Positions 1 to 10,404 of a stretch of 64,000 nucleotides of DNA are shown piece after piece (the stretch's first letter is position 1; each line of letters opens with the position of its first letter). The notes below the pieces were generated by a model, which worked only from the letters and a program-made list of their open reading frames with translations, did no database searches and was not told where the DNA came from. The DNA comes from Eledone cirrhosa (Eukaryota). The stretch lies in the NCBI GenBank assembly GCA_964016885.1, contig OZ024744.1, positions 131,440,001 through 131,504,000 on the forward strand, given 5' to 3'. The position numbers and the translations under genes were made by a program.

Positions 1-117
1 GTTAAGTTAAGTTGGGGTTAATTTAAGTTGGGGTCAACTTAAATTGGGGTTAAGTTAAGTTGGGGTTAAGTTAAGTTGGGGTTAAGTTAAGTTGGGGTTA
101 AGTTAAGTTGGGGCTTA

Positions 118-2740
118 GTTAAGTTGGGGTTAAGTTAAGTCGGGGTTAAGTTAAGTCGGGGTTAAGTTAAGTTAGGGTTAAGTTAAGTTGGAGTTAAGTT
201 AAGTTGGGGTTGAGTTAAGTTGGGGTTGAGTTAAATTGGGGTGGAGTTAAGTTGGGGTTGAGTTAAGTTGGTGTTGAATTAAGTTGGGGTTAAGTTAAGT
301 TGGGGTTAAGTTAAGTGCAGTTAAGTTAAGTTGAGGTTAAGTTATGTAGGGGTTAAGTTAAGTTGGGGTTAAGTTAAGTTGGGGCTAAGTTAAGTTGGGG
401 CTAAGTTAAGTTGGGGCTAAGTTAAGTTGGGGTTCAGTTAAGTTGGGGTTAAGTTAAGTTTGGGTTAAGTTGGGGTTAAATTAAGTTGGGGTTAAGTTAA
501 GTTGGGGTTTAGTTAAGTTGGGGTTAAGTTAAGTTGGGGTTAATTTAAGTTGGGGTTAAGTTAAGTTGGGGTTAAGTTGGCGTTAAGTTAAGTTGGGGTT
601 GAATTAAGTTGGGGTTGAGTTAATTTAGGGTTAAGTTAAGTTGGGGTTAAGTTAAGTTGGGTTTAAGTTAAGTTGGGGTTAAATTAAGTTGGGGTTAAAT
701 TAAGTTCGGGTTAAGTTAAGTTGGGGGTAAGTTAAGTTGGTGTTAAGTTAAGTTGGGGTTAAGTTAAGTTGGGGTTAAGTTAAGTTGGGGTCAAGTTAAG
801 TTGGGGTTAAAATTAAGTTGGGGTTAAGTCAAGTTGGGGTTAAGTTAAGTTTGAGTTAATTTAGTTGGGGTTAAGTTAAGTTGGGGCTAAGTTAAGTTGG
901 GGCTAAGTTAAGTTGGGGCTAAGTTAAGTTGGGGTTAAGTTAAGTTGGGGTTAAGTTAAGGTGGGGTTAATTTAAGTTGGGGTCAACTTAAATTGGGGTT
1001 AAGTTAAGTTGGGGTTAAGTTAAGTTGGGGTTAAGTTAAGTTGGGGTTAAGTTAAGTTGGGGTTAAGTTAAGTTGGTGTTAAGTTAAGTTGGGGCTAAGT
1101 TAAGTTGGGGCTGAGTTAAGTTGGGGCTGAGTTAAGTTGGGGTTAATTTAAGTTGGGGTTGAGTTAAGTTGGGGTTAAGTTAAGTTGGGGTTAAGTTAAG
1201 TTGGGGTTGAGTTAAGTTGGGGTTAAGTTAAGTTGGGGTTAAGTTAAGTTGGGGTTAAGTTAAGTTGGGGTTAAGTTAAGTCGGGGTTAAGTTAAGTCGG
1301 GGTTAAGTTAAGTTAGGGTTAAGTTAAGTTGGAGTTAAGTTAAGTTGGGGTTGAGTTAAGTTGGGGTTGAGTTAAATTGGGGTGGAGTTAAGTTGGGGTT
1401 GAGTTAAGTTGGTGTTGAATTAAGTTGGGGTTAAGTTAAGTTGGGGTTAAGTTAAGTGCAGTTAAGTTAAGTTGAGGTTAAGTTATGTAGGGGTTAAGTT
1501 AAGTTGGGGTTAAGTTAAGTTGGGGCTAAGTTAAGTTGGGGCTAAGTTAAGTTGGGGCTAAGTTAAGTTGGGGTTCAGTTAAGTTGGGGTTAAGTTAAGT
1601 TTGGGTTAAGTTGGGGTTAAATTAAGTTGGGGTTAAGTTAAGTTGGGGTTTAGTTAAGTTGGGGTTAAGTTAAGTTGGGGTTAATTTAAGTTGGGGTTAA
1701 GTTAAGTTGGGGTTAAGTTGGCGTTAAGTTAATTTGGGGTTGAATTAAGTTGGGGTTGAGTTAATTTAGGGTTAAGTTAAGTTGGGGTTAAGTTAAGTTG
1801 GGTTTAAGTTAAGTTGGGGTTAAATTAAGTTGGGGTTAAATTAAGTTCGGGTTAAGTTAAGTTGGGGGTAAGTTAAGTTGGTGTTAAGTTAAGTTGGGGT
1901 TAAGTTAAGTTGGGGTTAAGTTAAGTTGGGGTCAAGTTAAGTTGGGGTTAAAATTAAGTTGGGGTTAAGTCAAGTTGGGGTTAAGTTAAGTTTGAGTTAA
2001 TTTAGTTGGGGTTAAGTTAAGTTGGGGCTAAGTTAAGTTGGGGCTAAGTTAAGTTGGGGCTAAGTTAAGTTGGGGTTAAGTTAAGTTGGGGTTAAGTTAA
2101 GGTGGGGTTAATTTAAGTTGGGGTCAACTTAAATTGGGGTTAAGTTAAGTTGGGGTTAAGTTAAGTTGGGGTTAAGTTAAGTTGGGGTTAAGTTAAGTTG
2201 GGGTTAAGTTAAGTTGGTGTTAAGTTAAGTTGGGGCTAAGTTAAGTTGGGGCTGAGTTAAGTTGGGGCTGAGTTAAGTTGGGGTTAATTTAAGTTGGGGT
2301 TGAGTTAAGTTGGGGTTAAGTTAAGTTGGGGTTAAGTTAAGTTGGGGTTGAGTTAAGTTGGGGTTAAGTTAAGTTGGGGTTAAGTTAAGTTGGGGTTAAG
2401 TTAAGTTGGGGTTAAGTTAAGTCGGGGTTAAGTTAAGTCGGGGTTAAGTTAAGTTAGGGTTAAGTTAAGTTGGAGTTAAGTTAAGTTGGGGTTGAGTTAA
2501 GTTGGGGTTGAGTTAAATTGGGGTGGAGTTAAGTTGGGGTTGAGTTAAGTTGGTGTTGAGTTAAGTTGGGGTTAAGTTAAGTTGGGGTTAAGTTAAGTTG
2601 CAGTTAAGTTAAGTTGAGGTTAAGTTAAGTTGGGGTTAAGTTAAGTTGGGGTTAAGTTAAGTTGGGGCTAAGTTAAGTTGGGGCTAAGTTAAGTTGTGGC
2701 TAAGTTAAGTTGGGGTTCAGTTAAGTTGGGGTTAAGTTAA
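118..2740 (+). repeat. Higher-order tandem repeat, 1141-bp period (2 copies plus a partial)
   Basis: The first C of the GTCGGGG doublet falls at 141, 1282 and 2423, and the intervening variant order is repeated. Confidence 0.9.
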
Positions 2741-3158
2741 GTTGGTTAGTTAAGTTGAGTTTAATTTAAGTTGGGGTTAATTTAAGTTGGGGCTAAGTTA
2801 AGTTGGGGTTAAGTTAAGTTGGGGTTAAGTTAAGTTGGGGTTAAGTTAATTTGGGGTTCAGTTAAGTTGGGGTTAAGTCAAGTTGGGGTTAAGTTGGGGT
2901 TAAATTAATCTGGGGTTAAGTTATTGTTGGGGTTAAGTTAAGTTGGGGTTAAGTTAAGTTGGGGTTAAGTTAAGTTGGGGTTAAGTTAATTTGGGGTTGA
3001 GTTAATTTGGGGTTAAGTTAAGTTGGGGTTAAGTTAAGTTGGGTTTAAGTTAAATTGGGGTTAAATTAAGTTGGGGTTAAATTAAGTTGGGGTTAAGTTA
3101 AGTTGGGGGTAAGTTAAGTTGGGGGCAAGTTAATTTGTGGATAAGTTAAGTTGTGGTT

Positions 3159-3551
3159 AACCCCAACTTCACTCAACCCCACCTTAACTCAACCCCAACT
3201 TAACTTAACCCCAACTTCACTCAACCCCAACTTAACTCAACCCCAACTTAACTTAACCCCAACTTAACTTAACCCTAACTTAACTTAACCCCAACTTAAC
3301 TTAACTTCGACTTAACTTAACCCCAACTTAACTTAACCCCAACTTAACTTAACCCCAACTTAACTTAACCACAAATTAACTTAACCCCAACTTAAATTAA
3401 CCCCAACTTAAATTAACCCCAACTTAACTTAACCCCAACTTAACTTAACCCCAACTTAACTCACACCCAACTTAACTTACCCCCAACTTAACTTAACCCC
3501 AACTTGACTTAACCCCAAATTAACTTAACCCCAACTTAACTTAACCCCAAA
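3159..3551 (-). repeat. Inverted satellite island 1 (subfamily A, 393 bp)
   Basis: Switch to AACTTAACTTAACCCC monomers at GTGGTT|AACCCC and back at CCCCAAA|TTCGGGG. Confidence 0.96.
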
Positions 3552-6500
3552 TTCGGGGTTAAGTTAAGTTGGGGTTAAATTAAGTTAGGCTTAACTTAAG
3601 TTGGGGTTAAGTTAAATTGGGGGTAAGTTAAGTTCTGGGTAAGTTAAGTTGGGGTTAAGTTAAGTTAGGGTTAAGTTAAGTTGGGGTTGAGTTAAGTTGG
3701 GGTTAAGTTAAGTTGGGGTTATGTTAAGTTGGGGTCAAGTTAAGTTGGGGTTAAAATTAAGTTGGGGTTAAATCAAGTTGGGGTTAAGTTAAGTTGGGGT
3801 TAATTTAGTTGGGGTTAAGTTAAGTTGGGGCTAAGTTAAGTTGGGGTTAAGTTAAGTTGGGGTTAAGTTAAGTTGGGGTTAATTTAAATTGGGGTTAAGT
3901 TAACTTTGTGGTTAAGTTAAGTTGGGGTTAAGTTAAGTTGGGGTTAAGTTAAGTTGGGGTTGAGTTAAGTTGGGGTTGAGTGAAGTTGGTGTTAAGTTAA
4001 GTTGGGGTTAAGTTGGCGTTAAGTTAAATTGGGGTTGAATTAAGTTGGGGTTGAGTTAATTTAGGGTTAAGTTAAGTTGGGGTTAAGTTAAGTTGGGTTT
4101 AAGTTAAGTTGGGGTTAAATTAAGTTGGGGTTAAATTAAGTTGGGGTTAAGTTAAGTTGGGGGTAAGTTAAGTTGGTGTTAAGTTAAGTTGGGGTTAAGT
4201 TAAGTTGGGGTCAAGTTAAGTTGGGGTTAAAATTAAGTTTGGGTTAAGTCAAGTTGGGGTTAAGTTAAGTTTGAGTTAATTTAGTTGGGGTTAAGTTAAG
4301 TTGGGGCTAAGTTAAGTTGGGGCTAAGTTAAGTTGGGGCTAAGTTAAGTTGGGGTTAAGTTAAGTTGGGGTTAAGTTAAGGTGGGGTTAATTTAAGTTGG
4401 GGTCAACTTAAATTGGGGATAAGTTAAGTTGGGGTTACGTTAAGTTGGGGTTAAGTTAAGTTGGGGTTAAGTTAAGCTGGGGTTAAGTTAAGTTGGTGTT
4501 AAGTTAAGTTGGGGCTAAGTTAAGTTGGGGCTGAGTTAAGTTGGGGCTGAGTTAAGTTGGGGTTAATTTAAGTTGGGGTTGAGTTAAGTTGGGGTTAAGT
4601 TAAGTTGGGGTTAATTTAAGTTGGGGTTAAGTTAAGTTGGGGTTGAGTTAAGTTGGGGTTAAGTTAAGTTGGGGTTAAGTTAAGTTGGGGTTCAGTTAAG
4701 TTGGGGTTAAGTTAAGTTGGGGTTAAGATGGGGTTAAATTAAGTTGGGGTTAAGTTAAGTTGGGGTTAAGTTAAGTTAGGGTTAAGTTAAGTTGGGGTTA
4801 AGTTAAGTCGGGGTTAAGTTAAGTCGGGGTTAAGTTAAGTTAGGGTTAAGTTGGAGTTAAGTTAAGTTGGGGTTGAGTTAAGTTGGGGTTGAGTTAAATT
4901 GGGGTGGAGTTAAGTTGGGGTTGAGTTAAGTTGGTGTTGAGTTAAGTTGGGGTTAAGTTAAGTTGGGGTTAAGTTAAGTTGCAGTTAAGTTAAGTTGAGG
5001 TTAAGTTAAGTTGGGGTTAAGTTAAGTTGGGGTTAAGTTAAGTTGGGGCTAAGTTAAATGGGGCTAAGTTAAGTTGGGGCTAAGTTAAGTTGGGGTTCAG
5101 TTAAGTTGGGGTTAAGTTAAGTTTGGGTTAAGTTGGGGTTAAATTAAGTTGGGGTTAAGTTAAGTTGGGGTTTAGTTAAGTTGGGGTTAAGTTAAGTTGG
5201 GGTTAATTTAAGTTGGGGTTAAGTTAAGTTGGGGTTAAGTTGGCGTTAAGTTAAGTTGGGGTTGAATTAAGTTGGGGTTGAGTTAATTTAGGGTTAAGTT
5301 AAGTTGGGGTTAAGTTAAGTTGGGTTTAAGTTAAGTTGGGGTTAAATTAAGTTGGGGTTAAATTAAGTTCGGGTTAAGTTAAGTTGGGGGTAAGTTAAGT
5401 TGGTGTTAAGTTAAGTTGGGGTTAAGTTAAGTTGGGGTTAAGTTAAGTTGGGGTCAAGTTAAGTTGGGGTTAAAATTAAGTTGGGGTTAAGTCAAGTTGG
5501 GGTTAAGTTAAGTTTGAGTTAATTTAGTTGGGGTTAAGTTAAGTTGGGGCTAAGTTAAGTTGGGGCTAAGTTAAGTTGGGGCTAAGTTAAGTTGGGGTTA
5601 AGTTAAGTTGGGGTTAAGTTAAGGTGGGGTTAATTTAAGTTGGGGTCAACTTAAATTGGGGTTAAGTTAAGTTGGGGTTAAGTTAAGTTGGGGTTAAGTT
5701 AAGTTGGGGTTAAGTTAAGTTGGTGTTAAGTTAAGTTGGGCCTAAGTTAAGTTGGGGCTGAGTTAAGTTGGGGCTGAGTTAAGTTGGGGTTAATTTAAGT
5801 TGGGGTTGAGTTAAGTTGGGGTTAAGTTAAGTTGGGGTTAAGTTAAGTTGGGGGTAAGTTAAGTTCTGGGTAAGTTAAGTTGGGGTTAAGTTAAGTTGGG
5901 GTTAAGTTGGGGTTAAGTTAAGTTAGGGTTAAGTTAAGTTGGGGTTGAGTTAAGTTGGGGTTAAGTTAAGTTAGGGTTAAGTTAAGTTGGGGTCAAGTTA
6001 AGTTGGGGTTAAAATTAAGTTGGGGTTAAGTCAAGTTGGGGCTAAGTTAAGTTGGGGCTAAGTTAAGTTGGGGCTACGTTAAGTTGGGGTTAAGTTAAGT
6101 TGGGGTTAAGTTAAGTTGGGGTTAATTTAAATTGGGGTTAAGTTAACTTTGTGGTTAAGTTAAGTTGGGGTAAATTTAAGTTGGGGTTAAGTTAAGTTGG
6201 GGTTGAGTTAAGTTGGGGTTGAGTCAAGTTGGGGTTAAGTTAAGTTGGGGTTAAGTTAAGTTGGCGTTTATTTAAGTTGGGGTTGAGTTAAGTTGGGGTT
6301 GAGTTAATTCAGGGTTAAGTTAAGTAGGGGTTAAGTTAAGTTGTGTTTAAGTTAAGTTGGGGTTAAATTAAGTTGGGGTTAAGTTAAGTTGGGGGTAAGT
6401 TAAGTTGGGGTTAAGTTAAGTTGGGGTTAAGTTAAGTTGGGGTTAAGTTAAGTTGGGGTCAAGTTAAGTTGGGGTTAAAATTAAGTTGGGGTTAAGTCAA

Positions 6501-6789
6501 GTTGGGGTTAAGTTAAGTTGGGGTTAAGTTAAGGTGGGGTTAATTTAAGTTGGGGTCAACTTAAATTGGGGTTAAGTTAAGTTGGTTAGTTAAGTTGAGT
6601 TTAAGTTAAGTTGGGGTTAATTTAAGTTGGGGTTAAGTTAAGTTGGGGTTAAGTTAAGTTGGGGTTAAGTTAAGTTGGGGTTAAGTTAATTTGGGGTTCA
6701 GTTAAGTTGGGGTTAAGTCAAGTTGGGGTTAAGTTGGGGTTAAATTAAGTTGGGGTTAAGTTAATTCGTGGTTAAGTTAAGTTGGGGTT

Positions 6790-7214
6790 AACCCCAACTT
6801 CACTCAACCCCACCTTAACTCAACCCCAACTTAACTTAACCCCAACTTCACTCAACCCCAACTTAACTTAACCCCAACTTCACTCAACCCCAACTTAACT
6901 CAACCCCAACTTAACTTAACCCCAACTTAACTTAACGCTAACTTAACTTAACCCCGACTTCACTTAACTTCGACTTAACTTAACCCCAACTTAACTTAAC
7001 CCCAACTTAACTTAACCCCAACTTAACTTAACCACAAATTAACTTAACCCCAACTTAAATTAACCCCAACTTAAATTAACCCCAACTTAACTTAACCCCA
7101 ACTTAACTTAACCCCAACTTAACTCACACCCAACTTAACTTACCCCCAACTTAACTTAACCCCAACTTGACTTAACCCCAACTTAACTTAACCCCAACTT
7201 AACTTAACCCCAAA
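6790..7214 (-). repeat. Inverted satellite island 2 (subfamily A, 425 bp)
   Basis: GGGGTT|AACCCC left junction, AAA|TTCGGGG right junction, AACGCTAA marker. Confidence 0.96.
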
Positions 7215-8183
7215 TTCGGGGTTAAGTTAAGTTGGGGTTAAGTTAAGTTAGGCTTAACTTAAGTTGGGGTTAAGTTAAGTTGGGGGTAAGTTAAGTTCTG
7301 GGTAAGTTAATTTGGGGTTAAGTTAAGTTGGGGTTAAGTTGGGGTTAAGTTAAGTTAGGGTTAAGTTAAGTTGGGGTTGATTTAAGTTGGGGTTAAGTTA
7401 AGTTTGGGTTAAGTTGGGGTTAAATTAAGTTGGGGTTAAGTTAAGTTGGGGTTAAGTTAAGTTGGGGTTAAGTTAAGTTGGGGTTAAGTTAAGTTGGGGT
7501 TAATTTAAGTTGGGGTTAAGTTAAGTTGCGGGTAATTTAAGTTGGGGTTAAGTTAAGTTGGGGTTAAGTTAAGTTGGGGTTAAGTTAAGTTGGGGTTAAG
7601 GTAAGTTGGGGTTAAGTTAAGTTGGGACTAAGTTAAGTTGGGGCTGAGTTAAGTTGGGGTTAAGTTAAGTTGGGGTTAAGTTAAGTTGGGGTTAAGTTAA
7701 GTTGGGGTTAAGTTAAGTTGGGGTTGAGTTAAGTTGGGGTTAAGTTAAGTAGGGGTAAGTTAAGTTGGGGTTCAGTTAAGTTGGGGTTAAGTTAAGTTGG
7801 GGTTAAGATGGGGTTAAATTAAGTTGGGGTTAAGTTAAGTTGGGGTTAAGTTAAGTTGGGGTTAAGTTAAGTTGGGGTTAAGTTAAGTCGGGGTTAAGTT
7901 AAGTCGGGGTTAAGTTAAGTTAGGGTTAAGTTAAGTTGGAGTTAAGTTAAGTTGGGGTTGAGTTAAGTTGGGGTTGAGTTAAATTGGGGTTGAGTTAAGT
8001 TGGGGTTGAGTTAAGTTGGTGTTGAGTTAAGTTGGGGTTAAATTAAGTTGGGGTTAAGTTAAGTTGGGTTTAAGTTAAATTGGGGTTAAATTAAGTTGGG
8101 GTTAAATTAAGTTGGGGTTAAGTTAAGTTGGGGGTAAGTTAAGTTGGGGGCAAGTTAATTTGTGGATAAGTTAAGTTGTGGTT

Positions 8184-8576
8184 AACCCCAACTTCACTCA
8201 ACCCCACCTTAACTCAACCCCAACTTAACTTAACCCCAACTTCACTCAACCCCAACTTAACTCAACCCCAACTTAACTTAACCCCAACTTAACTTAACCC
8301 TAACTTAACTTAACCCCAACTTAACTTAACTTCGACTTAACTTAACCCCAACTTAACTTAACCCCAACTTAACTTAACCCCAACTTAACTTAACCACAAA
8401 TTAACTTAACCCCAACTTAAATTAACCCCAACTTAAATTAACCCCAACTTAACTTAACCCCAACTTAACTTAACCCCAACTTAACTCACACCCAACTTAA
8501 CTTACCCCCAACTTAACTTAACCCCAACTTGACTTAACCCCAAATTAACTTAACCCCAACTTAACTTAACCCCAAA
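8184..8576 (-). repeat. Inverted satellite island 3 (subfamily A, 393 bp)
   Basis: Same junctions, length and upstream TGTGGATAAG marker as island 1 (offset 5025). Confidence 0.96.
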
Positions 8577-9963
8577 TTCGGGGTTAAGTTAAGTTGGGGT
8601 TAAATTAAGTTAGGCTTAACTTAAGTTGGGGTTAAGTTAAATTGGGGGTAAGTTAAGTTCTGGGTAAGTTAAGTTGGGGTTAAGTTAAGTTAGGGTTAAG
8701 TTAAGTTGGGGTTGAGTTAAGTTGGGGTTAAGTTAAGTTGGGGTTATGTTAAGTTGGGGTCAAGTTAAGTTGGGGTTAAAATTAAGTTGGGGTTAAATCA
8801 AGTTGGGGTTAAGTTAAGTTGGGGTTAATTTAGTTGGGGTTAAGTTAAGTTGGGGCTAAGTTAAGTTGGGGTTAAGTTAAGTTGGGGTTAAGTTAAGTTG
8901 GGGTTAATTTAAGTTGGGGCTAAGTTAATTTGTGGTTAAGTTAAGTTGGGGTTAAGTTAAGTTGGGGTTAAGTTAAGTTGGGGTTGAGTTAAGTTGGGGT
9001 TGAGTTAATTTAGGGTTAAGTTAAGTTGGGGTTAAGTTAAGTTGGGTTTAAGTTAAGTTGGGGTTAAATTAAGTTGGGGTTAAATTAAGTTGGGGTTAAG
9101 TTAAGTTGGGGGTAAGTTAAGTTGGGGGCAAGTTAAGTTGGGGTTAAATTAAGTTGGGGTTAAGTTTAGTTGGTGTTAAGTTAAGTTGGGGTTTATTTAA
9201 GTTGGGGTTAATTAAGTTGGGGCTGAGTTAAGTTGGGGCTGAATTAAGTTGGGGTTAAGTTAAGTTGGGGTTGAGTTAAGTTGGGGTTAAGTTAAGTTGG
9301 GGTTAAGTTAAGTTGGGGTTAAGTTAAGTTGGGGTTTAGTTAAGTTGGGGTTCAGTTAAGTTGGGGTTAAGTTGGGGTTAAATTAATTTGGGGTTAAGTT
9401 AAGTTGGGGTTTAGTTTAGTTGGGGTTAAATTAAGTTGGGGTTAATTTAAGTTGGGGTTAAGTTAAGTTGCGGGTAATTTAAGTTGGGGTCAAGTTAAGT
9501 TGGGGTTAAGTTAAGTTGGGGTTAAGTTAAGTTGGGGGTAAGTTAAGTTGGGGGTAAGTTAAGTTGGGGGTAAGTTAAGTTGGGGTTAAGTTAAGTTGGG
9601 GTTAAGTTAAGTTAGGGTTAAGTTAAGTTGGGGTTGAGTTAAGTTGGGGTTAAGTTAAGTTGGGGTTATGTTAAGTTGGGGTTAAGTTAAGTTGGTTCGT
9701 TAAGTTGAGTTTAAGTTAAGTTGGGGTTAATTTAAGTTGGGGTTAAGTTAAGTTGGGGTTAAGTTAAGTTGGGGTTAAGTTAAGTTGGGGTTAAGTTAAG
9801 TTGGGGTTCAGTTAAGTTGGGGTTAAGTCAAGTTGGGGTTAAGTTGGGGTTAAATTAATTTGGGGTTAAGTTAAGTTGGGGTTAAGTTAAGTTGTGGTTA
9901 TGTTAAGTTGGGGTTAAGTTAAGTTGGGGTTAAGTTAATTTGTGGTTAAGTTAAGTTGTGGTT

Positions 9964-10404
9964 AACCCCAACTTCACTCAACCCCACCTTAACTCAACCC
10001 CAACTTAACTTAACCCCAACTTCACTCAACCCCAACTTAACTTAACCCCAACTTCACTCAACCCCAACTTAACTCAACCCCAACTTAACTTAACCCCAAC
10101 TTAACTTAACCCTAACTTAACTTAACCCCAACTTAACTTAACTTCGACTTAACTTAACCCCAACTTAACTTAACCCCAACTTAACTTAACCCCAACTTAA
10201 CTTAACCACAAATTAACTTAACCCCAACTTAAATTAACCCCAACTTAAATTAACCCCAACTTAACTTAACCCCAACTTAACTTAACCCCAACTTAACTTA
10301 ACCCCAACTTAACTCACACCCAACTTAACTTACCCCCAACTTAACTTAACCCCAACTTGACTTAACCCCAAATTAACTTAACCCCAACTTAACTTAACCC
10401 CAAA
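9964..10404 (-). repeat. Inverted satellite island 4 (subfamily A, 441 bp)
   Basis: C-rich monomers between the conserved junctions. Confidence 0.96.

Noticed and set aside
3159-3551. Islands as piggyBac-like or MITE insertions at TTAA
   Set aside because: Island content is only the reverse-complement satellite. There are no distinct terminal inverted repeats and no TTAA duplication at the right junction (AATT core), and the flanks are co-duplicated with the island.
6790-7214. Inversions as random amplification or sequencing chimeras
   Set aside because: Random fold-back artefacts would not reproduce identical junction pairs 18 times with heritable subfamily variants. Read-level confirmation is still needed.
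9964-10404. Site-specific recombinase invertible switch (phase variation)
   Set aside because: No recombinase gene or regulated gene is present, and I did not see the same island sequence in the flipped orientation between equivalent flanks.
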